From: Corallochytrium limacisporum Hawaii
Lineage: Eukaryota; Protista; Pluriformea
Length of the DNA stretch: 64,000 nt
Assembly (NCBI GenBank): GCA_002811645.1
Contig: PDIP01000035.1
Location: 1-64,000, forward strand
Direction of reading: 5' to 3'
This document shows, piece by piece, positions 1 to 11,037 of this stretch. Each line of letters opens with the position of its first letter. Position 1 is the stretch's first letter. Made by a program: the position numbers and the translations under genes. The notes beneath the pieces are model-generated. The model searched no databases. It saw nothing but the letters and a program-made list of their open reading frames with translations, and was not told the origin of the DNA.

Positions 1-284
1 GGGGAGGGGGGGCACCAGGGGGAGGCATGTGGGGTGGGAAGGTGCTCGCGCCTTGGGGAAGGGAGGGTGGACGAGTAAATCAATAAAGTGAGAAAGGTTG
101 CAGAACCCGACCGGGAATTGTGGCTCCTGATGAAGCGCTTACGATTCTTTCACAATTAAGATAGGTGTTTTCACTCTAAATATGTATTGTTATATGTATG
201 CATGTATGTATGAATGGATGGATGGTTGAAGGATGGATATGATGTCAATGGTTATTGCTACGCGATGATGGTAGAATTAGCATA

Positions 285-1568
285 CTAGGCTTTGCTGCAA
301 TATCTTTCGCAGACACCCTCGACAAGATTGTCCATGATAATTGCATGCAGGCCGCATCTGCAAGCCTTAAATAGGAGCCGAAAAGTTACGGCCAGTACAG
401 TTATTACACCAATAATACTGAGAATGAAGCTCACAATCCGCGTTCCACTAGTGCTTAGGCCGTTGGCTTGAACAACGATGAGCCAGGCTGATGACACGGA
501 CACTATGGGGAACGTAAACGCCAAATGTCCTGCATTGAATTCTTGTTTGAAGACGATTGTGTACAAAGGACGCAATAGCATGAGGTAGAATAAGATTGCA
601 AAGTATAGAAGAGCAAGTGCAATCCCATTGCCGTCTTCGTCTGCTCCATCAACGGCCACAAAGGCAATCGAGGCAACGGATGGAGGCGCAATCATTAGCC
701 ACATCAATGGTGTCGGTTTGATGCCTGGCATCATCGAAAGGAGATGAATCACGACCAAAATCCAGATGCTCATACCTGTGTATAATGACCACCGAGCCCA
801 AATGTCCAAACCTGCTGCAACACCGACCTGGGCAAGCATAAACCATCCAACAGTAAGCATAAGATTGGACAAGCGGTCCTTGGCAAAAACCAGAGTAGGA
901 GCGGCATCGGCTCCATAGAACCACGTTGAATAGATTGTGATCACAGATATGAAATAAATAATCGTGAAAATGCAAAATATGATTCGCAAGCCAGTCTCGT
1001 TTTGGAGATGCGTAGGAACACTGATGGTAAGGAGCAGTGCACATAGGAAAGGCGCATAGCATAGGCCAAGCCTATCGGGATCACGAAATTCTAAACAGAA
1101 CACAACTCTTGGATACTTGACAAGCTTGACAATGAAGACACCAACGAAAAATAGGTAGAATCCTAGCGACGCCCACCAAAGGACTAACCAAAATTCTTCT
1201 GGTACTTCACCCACTGCAAAAATATTCTCATTCTGGTTGAGAACCCGGGCTTGGTTTGCAATCGCAATCCAGCCCAGAGGCCATGCAAAATATACTACGG
1301 AAAATCTTGACAGTACTTTCGAGTTCATTAATCGCTCGGCTTCCTCGTCCGTGAACGCACAGGGTACCTCTGCTGCATGGTGGCAGACATGGCGAAATGC
1401 GTCTCGGCTAGATTTCAAAGTTGCCCGACGTTCCAACGGCGAGTCTTTTTTAGTTGCTGCTGTGTCATCCTTTCCCTCTTTGGACGTTATATTGGAGCGC
1501 CGATCATTACCGTAATCGTTTAAACCTTCCTCCTGGCTAGAAGGTGATGAGGCTGCGGAATTTGACAT
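285..1568 (-). CDS. SLAC1/TDT (TehA-like) family multi-pass anion channel/transporter
   Basis: About 10 hydrophobic segments; family-like motifs (F..PLG, EF.DP.R, WLMIAPPSVA, AFTFP). Real ATG at 1568; the ORF-track start lies inside a CA microsatellite. Confidence 0.8.
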   Translation of the reverse strand: MSNSAASSPSSQEEGLNDYGNDRRSNITSKEGKDDTAATKKDSPLERRATLKSSRDAFRHVCHHAAEVPCAFTDEEAERLMNSKVLSRFSVVYFAWPLGWIAIANQARVLNQNENIFAVGEVPEEFWLVLWWASLGFYLFFVGVFIVKLVKYPRVVFCLEFRDPDRLGLCYAPFLCALLLTISVPTHLQNETGLRIIFCIFTIIYFISVITIYSTWFYGADAAPTLVFAKDRLSNLMLTVGWFMLAQVGVAAGLDIWARWSLYTGMSIWILVVIHLLSMMPGIKPTPLMWLMIAPPSVASIAFVAVDGADEDGNGIALALLYFAILFYLMLLRPLYTIVFKQEFNAGHLAFTFPIVSVSSAWLIVVQANGLSTSGTRIVSFILSIIGVITVLAVTFRLLFKACRCGLHAIIMDNLVEGVCERYCSKA

Positions 1569-1583
1569 CCCGTCTGCGCGTCC

Positions 1584-1595
1584 CACACACACACA

Positions 1596-1646
<51 letters not shown>

Positions 1647-1653
1647 AGAGAGA
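1584..1653. repeat. (CA)n(GA)n compound microsatellite
   Basis: About 30 CA units with one interruption, then 5 GA units, 15 nt upstream of the TDT ATG. Confidence 0.95.
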
Positions 1654-3247
1654 CACTATTCGATAACTTAACTGAATCCTATGTCCGCTGATCGTCTACA
1701 GCTCTTTAACAACCTTTGCTTAGGCTTCTCCGGTGATGTGGTAAACTAATCCTTCTGTCCCACACAATTGAGCCCAACCATCCAGTTTGGTCATCCCACA
1801 GTCTGATTCTCACATGCCATTCCAGGTGTCCCAATACCCTCAGACCGGAGGGTCGCTGTGCGCAGAAGACCTGTGTGACAATCTATAATCACCCATACTC
1901 CTAAGCCCAGCCAAAATACGTCTTCTTCACAATTTCGTGGACTCTTCTTCTGTGGTGAGGCCATACCCCCTTCTCCATTCAGTGGTCCTAGGAGTATGAT
2001 ATACGCGGTCTTTTCGTACACTGTACGCACTGCCAAAAAAAATCTTCTACACTTCAGTATTGCATGTTCCGACCTTCATCTCACTCGTGTATCATTAAGA
2101 CTTCGTCCTTAGGAGTGAATTCCTTCAATTCCGAGGTGGCGAGACCCGCCCTTCCGCTAGCACTCAGTAAGGGTGCGGCTGCGACGCACCGCGTTCCGCC
2201 CCGTTCCGTGTCTGAGGGACCGGGATAGGAAGGGATTCCGCTATAGTCAAATAATAGCAAATTTTCGTTCACACGAACTGAACCGGCCAAATCTTTCACC
2301 GGCCGCCGCTCCCGCTCCCCTTTCTGCGGGTACCAGTAGCCACAGAAACACTTAGATTCTACTGTCGCAATTGCTAGGAAATGAGGGTGTCGTCCCGACC
2401 AAAGGGGAAGCGAAGGAATCCAAGGGGAGCGAACAAGCAAAGTCCCATGCTGGGCCGCAATGTACCAAACTTTGACACCCAATGCAGACACCGCTGTCCC
2501 TCTCTGTAACGGATTTTTCTCTTTCCCCTTATCGGCAACAGGTTGGTGTGATACTTTACTCTGGGGCGGGAGGGCTGTGGTGGGCAACAGAACGGGAAAC
2601 AAACTTCCCCCCCCCCCCCTTTTACTCCCGTCCTCCTTACCCAGCCCACAGTTCTCGATGGGACGGATGCTTTTGTTTTTTGTCTTTCCCAACCTTGCTT
2701 TCAGTTTTCTTCTCCTTTGCTTTTCCGGGAACTGTAATATTGATTAGTTGGCCTCCCTCACTGGTCTCCCCAGTTTACCCAGGCACACCGATGGCTTTTT
2801 CCCATCACGTCGCTTTCCCATCCGAGCTCTCTCCCTGTCTGGTTTGAGTCTCTCACAGTACAGACTCCCCAAGGGGGGGGGGTCGGAGGTCATAGTTCCT
2901 GCTCCGCACTAGTGGCTATTTTTGTGTTCCTGGTGGGTTTCCGCTACAAAGGCAGTTAGTAAGTCATTCGCCCAATTTGTGAACGAGGGTATGGTTCGAG
3001 TCCACCTCTCGTTTGTAGGGGCCCTGCTCTAGACTTCCAAATTAAGGATGGGGGATCGTGGACCGGCCTCCTGCTCCAAACGGGTACGGTCGCGGAGACA
3101 ATGCGTTCTCTACATGCTCGCTCACAGGTCCTCGAGGAGGACACAACTATTTCAATGGCAATTGTGTTGACAGCTTGATATACCTTGTTCATGTTTGGAT
3201 ACAGGTGTGTGGTCAGGTACATGTAATATGTGAAAGTTCGCGCACAA

Positions 3248-5452
3248 ATGGCTACAGTACCCGGCCTGTACATGGCTAGTGGCCGTGGGTCCAGACGGTT
3301 ATACCGCGGGAATGATTTTGCGTCAAAAGGGATCCCACCGAAGCCAACCGGTAGTTCCCATGGGCTTGCTTTCAGGGGCCAGAAACGGGTCTCCTCCTCC
3401 ACACCAGGTACACCACAGCTTCGATTGAATTCAACTCATGATGGATCATACACACCACAGTCATATTCAAGTACATCTGACATTCAGACTCCAGTGACTA
3501 GGTTCAGTACTGAACGACTAAGCATCTGTAGTAAACCTGTCGGAGTGAATTCTTCTTACACAAAAGTGATCACTGCAGCTCGACTGCGCCCTATTCTTGG
3601 GCACGGACAAGGGCAAACCAAGATCTGCCATGCACAGGAAGGTGTCGGAAAACAGCCGAACAGTGTGTATGTAGAAGCAGACGGGTACGGCCGTAGCTTT
3701 GCCTTCGATCATGTTTTCGACACTGACACTGACCAAGAAAGATTTTTCGAGGAATTGGGTAGACCTTTGGTAAACAGTGTCCTGGAAGGATATACTGGAT
3801 GCGTAATGGCATACGGCCAAACTGGCAGTGGTAAGACACATACAATGGGCCTCTTGTACAGTCTCCAAAGCAATTCATACGTCGGCTCCGATGAATCCTT
3901 GAACGAGAGTAGCCGAAATTATCACACTCATGACGATGGCTTCACCGCTCGAGCCCTCAGCCAAATCTTCCACACCGTGAGCCATGCTTGTCCAGGAGAA
4001 TATCGAGTCGCATTGAGTTTCATCCAGCTTTACTGTGATGATGTACTGGACCTGCTGAGTGACCAAACATACACATTACAAATTCGGGAGGCCAAGAAGA
4101 GGGGTTTCTATGTGGATGGCCTCACCGTGGTTCCGGTACTGAGCTACAATGAAGCAGTTGACGTTGTGAACAACGGTATTTCCCGACGCATTCTTGGGGC
4201 AACAAGACAGAATGATGCATCATCACGGTCGCATGTGATTCTGCAGATCCAGATTGAGCGGTCGGACCCGGTTACAGGAAAAGTGTTTGAAAGTTTGTTA
4301 TCTCTGGTTGATCTTGCTGGTAGCGAGCGGGTGAAGAAGTCCTCATGCAGCGGCGGCCGTCTGGAAGAAGCCAAGCACATTAACAAATCCTTAAGCGCGC
4401 TTGGCACCGTGGTTGCAAATATGTTGAATCCCAGGGCCACCCACATCCCCTACAGAAGTTCCAAGCTCACAATGTTGCTGCAACGTGCCCTATCCGGTGG
4501 CTCCATAACTGCTCTCATTTCCACGGTCAATGTCCAACAGGACAATGTCGAGGAGACCCTCTCGACCCTCACATTTGCACAAAGATGTAGTCGATTACGA
4601 CTACGTACAGCTTCAGTTGATCAACACTCGAACCAGATGTCTTCGCCAAGTCCTTCGTTGCGAATCGCCACAGGCATGGACCTCGAATTGCGAAATAAAT
4701 ATGAGGACCTTTCCCTGCGACTGGGGCGCATGGAGCAAGAGCACGCAGGTTTGTTACAAAAGTACCACCAGACTCTACATGATATGTCATCTCCCGACAC
4801 ATCGATTAGGAGCGGTACCTCTCGCCGGACAGAGAACGACACGGATTCGATGCCTGGATGCGTCGCAGCGGAAAATGTTCTCAAGGACATTGCAATCGGA
4901 CAAGATGGGCTGTGCCGGAACGTGAAAAGGAATATGAACGGGACGGTCAAACTAGGAGATGCACAGAACCTTGGCGGGCTCATGACCATCGGCCCAGATC
5001 ATGCCATGGATGGGACAACTTCTTTGACATCCACAAGACATCCGAACACCCAACAGATGCAGTCACCCTTGGTGGCACAACATAGTTCAAACGCCCAAGC
5101 AGATAAGCCGCAAGGGCCTTCTCATATTCTGCGATATGTGTATGAAGTACTCAGAAGCATTGACAATCTGGCCGATACGTCCAAAATGGCGGCACTCTTG
5201 CAACAAGAAGGTCTTTCTTTTGACGGCACCCATCCTCTTACGCCCACGAAAGTGCCTGACATTGAAGAAATTCACGGGAACAAGGCCATGTTGCTGACCA
5301 TTCGAAACTTGTATGAGCAAATTAGTCAGAAGATGACCCGTACCCATGCAATCCTCCGTGTACAAGCTGTTCGCAATGCAGATCTTGCAAAGCAATTGGA
5401 GGAGGCACAGAGTGGTTCACGTACTACCGAAGTGCCAGCGAATAAAAGATAA
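3248..5452 (+). CDS. Kinesin motor protein with C-terminal coiled coils
   Basis: P-loop GQTGSGKT, switch I NDASSRSH, switch II LVDLAGSER, HIPYRSSKLT. First ATG at 3248; subfamily not assigned. Confidence 0.95.
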   Translation: MATVPGLYMASGRGSRRLYRGNDFASKGIPPKPTGSSHGLAFRGQKRVSSSTPGTPQLRLNSTHDGSYTPQSYSSTSDIQTPVTRFSTERLSICSKPVGVNSSYTKVITAARLRPILGHGQGQTKICHAQEGVGKQPNSVYVEADGYGRSFAFDHVFDTDTDQERFFEELGRPLVNSVLEGYTGCVMAYGQTGSGKTHTMGLLYSLQSNSYVGSDESLNESSRNYHTHDDGFTARALSQIFHTVSHACPGEYRVALSFIQLYCDDVLDLLSDQTYTLQIREAKKRGFYVDGLTVVPVLSYNEAVDVVNNGISRRILGATRQNDASSRSHVILQIQIERSDPVTGKVFESLLSLVDLAGSERVKKSSCSGGRLEEAKHINKSLSALGTVVANMLNPRATHIPYRSSKLTMLLQRALSGGSITALISTVNVQQDNVEETLSTLTFAQRCSRLRLRTASVDQHSNQMSSPSPSLRIATGMDLELRNKYEDLSLRLGRMEQEHAGLLQKYHQTLHDMSSPDTSIRSGTSRRTENDTDSMPGCVAAENVLKDIAIGQDGLCRNVKRNMNGTVKLGDAQNLGGLMTIGPDHAMDGTTSLTSTRHPNTQQMQSPLVAQHSSNAQADKPQGPSHILRYVYEVLRSIDNLADTSKMAALLQQEGLSFDGTHPLTPTKVPDIEEIHGNKAMLLTIRNLYEQISQKMTRTHAILRVQAVRNADLAKQLEEAQSGSRTTEVPANKR

Positions 5453-5840
5453 TGTAATTTACTAGAAGGTTTAGAAATTTAAAACTACTGGTTGCTCACA
5501 TCGTCGCGTACTTCGACCAGCACTAATCCCGCCAGAAACCCAGTGTAGAGAAAAAAGCCAGTCCGTCTGGACTGCCCCTCCCTCCCTTGGGCTATCCATT
5601 CACGGGGTTACCAGTAGTTGGATGCAGCTGTTTTGCTCGCGTGGTGTACAGGCCTACGGAGGATCTTCGCAGTCGTCACACCATCACAACTACAATCTTG
5701 CTCAATCCTGCATGTGGTATTCATGAAGAGAAAGTCCTAAATACAACTTCGGTGCTCTATAGATAGTCTGTATCTTTAAGGCCAAACGAATTAATTTAAG
5801 GAGAATGAGTTTAGGCAGATAGACACTAAGAACCACAACT

Positions 5841-8800
5841 ATGGAGTCGATGCAAATCTTTGTCGACACATTTGCTAGCGCTGTCGATGCTACGCCAGTA
5901 TCGAAGGATGCCAACTACAAACCAGTCTACGGTGCCATCTGTGATATTATGGATCAATTTCGGGCAAACCAGGCCAGTGGAATGCTGGATCGGCGAGATA
6001 CCGTGCTCAAACTCTACGACACACTGATGTTGTGCTACCGATACGACAGCTGGCATTTGAAGCAGCTTTCAACATTCACAGTTATGCATTTGATTGCACA
6101 AGCACCTACTAGACTAGTTGATGAGAATCTCGAACGGTGGACGAAGCATCTTTTGGAGTTACTGTGTGACTACAAGCGTGAGATTCGTGATGCCGCCAGT
6201 CAAGCACTCGGCCAACTTGCGCGAGCGATTGGTACTGACATCTTTGACGTGGTGACGAAAGACTTCGAAGCCCATCTCGGCCCGGGAGTACAGACAACTC
6301 ATTTCCAGCCCTTGGAGGGTCACTGTGTGGCTATGGGATACATTATTCGGTATGGGACCAACATCCGTCCGAAGGATGTTGCGTGGGCCTTTGACCTTCT
6401 TTTGCCCTTTGCTAATGCCACACACCCTACTCTGCCGGCGTTAGGTGAACAGTACGCGGCTTTTGTACGCCGCCAGTCGACCAAGGCTTTAGATCGCATC
6501 CTGCGCTCTACATCTGTGCGGACTGGTGTGAGGGAGAATTGGGAAACGTACAAAAGGTCAATTGAAGAGGTGTGGATGGGTCGTCTACGGGATGGTAATA
6601 TTGATGTGAGGCGCGTCGCATCCAGCCTCTTTGAAGCTGTGATTAGGTACAGAAGCGGAACAGAGAGTGATGACATTGTCCGGGAGATTGTGCCCTTAAT
6701 TCGAAAGTTCGTTGACCAAGACGCAGGCTGGGAAGCTCGCCACGGTGCCGCCTTGGCAATGCAACCTATTGTCCGCAACACAAGCTTTATTAGTCATCCC
6801 AAGGAAGATGCTGACATTTACGATATGCTGCACGAGCTCATCAACAGTCGCCACGGTATCCCGGAAGACAAGGACTTGGGCCCTGCAGGATCTGCAAATG
6901 CCGCCGCAGGACAGGCTTTGATTGACTTGTATCTGACTCATTTGATTCTTCAGAAGAAGAATTCAACACCGGGCATGGAAGAAAAAACTTCAGATGCATT
7001 CCAAAATATTATCAAACCGGATATCATGCACTTGCTCTCTTCGGAAACTGCCTTGCTGCTGGATATGGGTGATCAGTGTGTGTTGAAGGTAGCAAGCCAT
7101 TTCATCCATGATGCCAAGGCCACACCTGACACCCTTGCTGCCGTGACCGACCTGGGTATCCAGCTGTACAAGAATCGATTCCATCCATCCATGCCTGTCC
7201 GTGATGCTGCAAACAAGGCTTGGAATGCTTGCATGGCTCTCCTGGGTACTCAAGAAGCTATATTTATTGAGAATCATTCAAAGACCTTGCTGACAGTGCT
7301 GATGCAACAAGTTACCGCAAAATCATTTGATGTGCGAGATTCTGCCTTCCAGGCAGTGGAAGCTGCGTGTGGATATCAATTTGGAACCGATACCTATGAG
7401 CGTAGCTTCTCTCTTTCTTTGGTTGCATCAATCGAGAGGGGCTGCTATGATACCAGGGGCGGCCCGAACAGTGAGTATCCCCGGGCAGCTGCATACAGGT
7501 CTCTCGCATCATTCTTGACTCACCTTGCGTCCCCGCGAAATATTGCGTCCTCGGACGTTGTTAAGGATGTGGCTGCTGCGGCAATCGTGCCTATCACAAA
7601 AGCTATCGATGACGATGAGCATGACTATGACTCACTTTTTAAAGGTGTTTTGCTGGTGGTGGCGGCCATAATGAAAGTCTTCAGTGGCGCCAAATGCACT
7701 TCACTTATGAACAAATTGCAGGTCCAGGCTGTCTTCCCTGTCAGCCGTCTTGCTCATGTTGAGAACCTCAGACGGTCTTCGGTTGTTGCGCGGATTAGTT
7801 TGGTGGGTGACTATGAGCAGACTTTCTTGACAAATCACGCTTTCTTCATGGAAGCTGTTTGTGATCCAGCCCAGTACAACAACGATCCAAAGTTCCGAAT
7901 TGTCCCCAACGAAGAGGATGAGCCGGACGAGGATGAGAGGAATCTGAACGTGGCCGTTTTGAAGCTCGTCTCTCGTGGAGTCGTTCGCGCTCAATCCATC
8001 GACAACAAGCTGGTAAATGAAATCTTGAAGATGTGTTTCCTCTCCCTCCGCGCGCCGGATAACCAAGACAGCCCCTATGTCCGCAGTTGTGCACTGGGAA
8101 TGCTCGCAAGTCTGTTGAGCAGCGGCACTCTCCAGAACATGGACGACGAGGGGCGAGCGCTTGCTCTTGCATGTGGATGGATAATTCTCGACTGGCTCTG
8201 TGGAGAGGAATTGGCGGTATCAGAAGAGGTGAGTGAAGCTGTCGCAGAGTGCTCTGGAGATGCAAGTGGGCTCGGTATCAAAGATTTCGATGGTAATTAC
8301 CTTGAAGAGTGTCTCGCAGACGACGAAAGAGCCCCATTTATGGCACCCTCTTACCATATTCTGTGCGAACTGGCCTTGAGATTGCAGGGGAATTTCCTCA
8401 AGATTGTAGTACAGTACCTTGCCGGTATGAGCAAAGCCAAGCCTTTAGACTCTCTCAATTTGCTGTTTGGCAGCCATGCTGGTCTGAACACCATTGCAGC
8501 TGTGGCAGCAAAGACCCAGACCTTTACTCTCCAAGACTTTGCCACCGGGCTGCGTGATATGATCCGCGACCCGTCTCCTGAGAATGCAATGTACGCAATG
8601 GCGGCTTTGGGATCTGTGTCCAGAGGAGTACAAAATCAGGCCGATGCAAAGGATATGCTACAAGGCTTGAAACTCTTCCGGATTGACCCGGAGGAAGTAC
8701 CCCAGGACGGATCTGCCAATGTGTTCATCTACATTGCCATCCGATTGCTGCGTGTATGTTTGCCCTTCAGCCAAGATGATCTTTTGGATATTCTCGTCAC

Positions 8801-9620
8801 TTGCAGCAATCTCACTGATTGTATACGTTTTGATGAAGTGGACACGGACGAAGAGAGCAACGACATCTTCTGGATCGAGAAGGTCAAAAATGTGGGCTCC
8901 GTAATGCACGCTTCGAAGAGTCACCGACTTCGTGAGATTGAAACTGATCGTCTTTTGCTCTCCATTAAGACTCATTTTGATGGCCGCGACACTGCCATGA
9001 GCATGCAGGCAGTAGGAGAAGGATTTGGGCTGATCAAATCGGAGGAGCCTGCGAGTTCATTTACTAGATCTGTGCCTGCATATGCATTGCTATCCCGCGC
9101 AGTGGAATTTCTGCCCATGGAATTTAGCTTGCTGAGCTTCATCTTCACTCTGTCTCAGGACAAGGTTCAGAGACTTGGGCTTCCAGGCACTTCCGGTAAG
9201 CCTAGTGAGATTCTGGCCCTTGCCACTGCGGTTGCAAAGAAGACCCCGTCGGACGAAAAGCGTCGAGTCATGCTTAATTCTATGAACCGTACCGTTGCGC
9301 GGCTTGGTCACAAGCCTTTCCACCGTCTCGAGGGTGGACAGGCTTTGATTGCCTACATTGGCGGTGCTTTCGAACTCTGCAAGGCCTGCGATCTCATCTT
9401 TGACGGTGGCGTTGAATGGGAGTTCCTTCTGCAATCCATTGCTGACAGCCTGGAGAACGAAGACATAGATGTCAGTGCCGATACTGAACGGATTTTGCAG
9501 GACATGGCAGTGGTGTACAATGAGCTGCACAATGGCGCTACCCTGCTGCTGCCAGTTCCCAAGTTTGTGGAAGTCGGCGCTAAGGAAAATGCCACATTTG
9601 ATGCCAAACAGTCTGGGTGA
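5841..9620 (+). CDS. Large HEAT/ARM-repeat protein (1259 aa)
   Basis: Repeated HEAT-like motifs (D..REIRDAASQALG, DVRRVAS, WEARHGAALA, VRDSAFQA, VRSCALGML); intronless. Confidence 0.8.
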   Translation: MESMQIFVDTFASAVDATPVSKDANYKPVYGAICDIMDQFRANQASGMLDRRDTVLKLYDTLMLCYRYDSWHLKQLSTFTVMHLIAQAPTRLVDENLERWTKHLLELLCDYKREIRDAASQALGQLARAIGTDIFDVVTKDFEAHLGPGVQTTHFQPLEGHCVAMGYIIRYGTNIRPKDVAWAFDLLLPFANATHPTLPALGEQYAAFVRRQSTKALDRILRSTSVRTGVRENWETYKRSIEEVWMGRLRDGNIDVRRVASSLFEAVIRYRSGTESDDIVREIVPLIRKFVDQDAGWEARHGAALAMQPIVRNTSFISHPKEDADIYDMLHELINSRHGIPEDKDLGPAGSANAAAGQALIDLYLTHLILQKKNSTPGMEEKTSDAFQNIIKPDIMHLLSSETALLLDMGDQCVLKVASHFIHDAKATPDTLAAVTDLGIQLYKNRFHPSMPVRDAANKAWNACMALLGTQEAIFIENHSKTLLTVLMQQVTAKSFDVRDSAFQAVEAACGYQFGTDTYERSFSLSLVASIERGCYDTRGGPNSEYPRAAAYRSLASFLTHLASPRNIASSDVVKDVAAAAIVPITKAIDDDEHDYDSLFKGVLLVVAAIMKVFSGAKCTSLMNKLQVQAVFPVSRLAHVENLRRSSVVARISLVGDYEQTFLTNHAFFMEAVCDPAQYNNDPKFRIVPNEEDEPDEDERNLNVAVLKLVSRGVVRAQSIDNKLVNEILKMCFLSLRAPDNQDSPYVRSCALGMLASLLSSGTLQNMDDEGRALALACGWIILDWLCGEELAVSEEVSEAVAECSGDASGLGIKDFDGNYLEECLADDERAPFMAPSYHILCELALRLQGNFLKIVVQYLAGMSKAKPLDSLNLLFGSHAGLNTIAAVAAKTQTFTLQDFATGLRDMIRDPSPENAMYAMAALGSVSRGVQNQADAKDMLQGLKLFRIDPEEVPQDGSANVFIYIAIRLLRVCLPFSQDDLLDILVTCSNLTDCIRFDEVDTDEESNDIFWIEKVKNVGSVMHASKSHRLREIETDRLLLSIKTHFDGRDTAMSMQAVGEGFGLIKSEEPASSFTRSVPAYALLSRAVEFLPMEFSLLSFIFTLSQDKVQRLGLPGTSGKPSEILALATAVAKKTPSDEKRRVMLNSMNRTVARLGHKPFHRLEGGQALIAYIGGAFELCKACDLIFDGGVEWEFLLQSIADSLENEDIDVSADTERILQDMAVVYNELHNGATLLLPVPKFVEVGAKENATFDAKQSG

Positions 9621-9812
9621 ACAATGTAGTGGAATAATTGACATACAATAGGCTCAATAGATAGGTTATTTTTCTATTTTTTAGTGAATATGTTCTACGT
9701 GATTTCATGCTGCTTTGATCCCGCGCAGTCCCCCGCTTGTGTCCAAGTTTGAGAATACCGACCTCTATCTAATAAGTGTCATTCAATTGTTGTTTATAAC
9801 ACTGCATCCAGT

Positions 9813-10421
9813 TTACCGATACATGAATTCCTGCTCAAGGTTGGCAGCGATTTGAGGTTCCCACTTGTCTCCGTTGCTGAGCAGCTTCTCCTTGTTGTAC
9901 AGCAGTTCTTGATGGGTTTCCGTTGAGTACTCGAAATTGGGGCCCTCGACAATTGCATCAACAGGGCAAGCCTCCTGGCAGAATCCGCAGTAAATGCACT
10001 TAGTCATGTCAATATCGTATCGGGTAGTGCGTCGGCCGCCATCCTCCCGTGGCTCCGCTTCAATAGTAATGGCCTGGGCAGGACAGATCGCCTCACACAG
10101 TTTGCATGCAATGCAGCGCTCCTCACCGGTCGGGTAGCGACGCAAAGCATGTTCGCCTCGGAAGCGGGAAGAAATGTAGCCCTTCTCGAATGGGTACCGA
10201 ATAGTAGGCTTGGGCCTGAAGAACATATTCATGCACACAGTCATACCTTTGAAGATTTCACCGAACAGCATGCTCTGTGCATTCATATCCCAGACTTCGG
10301 AGGATGTGGGCGGAGGAGTGCCAGGGGCAGCCATCTGGCTCCGCACACCAGTTGTGATTGTGCGAGCGGCATTAATCCCATGCCGACCAACCGAAGTCCG
10401 ACTATGAATAAGACGCAACAT
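9813..10421 (-). CDS. NDUFS8: NADH dehydrogenase Fe-S protein 8 (TYKY/NuoI), mitochondrial
   Basis: Two CxxCxxCxxxCP motifs ([24 protein letters not shown]), [11 protein letters not shown], Arg-rich presequence. Confidence 0.97.
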   Translation of the reverse strand: MLRLIHSRTSVGRHGINAARTITTGVRSQMAAPGTPPPTSSEVWDMNAQSMLFGEIFKGMTVCMNMFFRPKPTIRYPFEKGYISSRFRGEHALRRYPTGEERCIACKLCEAICPAQAITIEAEPREDGGRRTTRYDIDMTKCIYCGFCQEACPVDAIVEGPNFEYSTETHQELLYNKEKLLSNGDKWEPQIAANLEQEFMYR

Positions 10422-11037
10422 GGTTTATGTGTCCTCCACATAGAAAGCCATAGTGCCATGCCCTCACATGTTTGATTGTTATGCCACATACGTAACATAG
10501 CTGAAATACCTATTCATCGAGAACCGCGGAGTGATACAAGTCATCCAACAAACGACCATTTAACAATATATTTCCATAAAAGACAACCATTAAGGGGAGT
10601 GCACATCTAAAAGCTTAGACTGTGCTGGCATCGAGAGAATGGAATTTCACGAACAGCGGGTACGAATGCGCGGTCTGTTGACTTGCATTGGCGGCCCTGC
10701 TCCATCCAGTTCCACATTCTCCCAACTCCCTTCCCCTCCACCAAAGCAGCGGGTTGTTTATGAACACAGGCCCACCCGATCCCCTCCCGTTGGGCAAACA
10801 AGTGGGGCTTCGGGAGGGGTTATTGAGCAACCCAGAGCCTCACGCTGAAAGTATGGCACATTGCGTTGGTCCTAAGAAAGCAAATTGCCGATTAAGTATA
10901 TAAAAAGAATTCTAAAATATAAGAGAAAAAATTGTTTCATGATAATCCGGATATTATCTTTCATGCTATACATTCGATCTATTTGGGAAAACCTTTGCTT
11001 CTCGCTAAGTATGACTCAATAAGGGGAAAGGGACGGC

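Noticed and set aside
1569-1640. Cys-Val repeat N-terminus of the 451-aa ORF
   Set aside because: Translation of the microsatellite from a GTG; the real ATG is at 1568.
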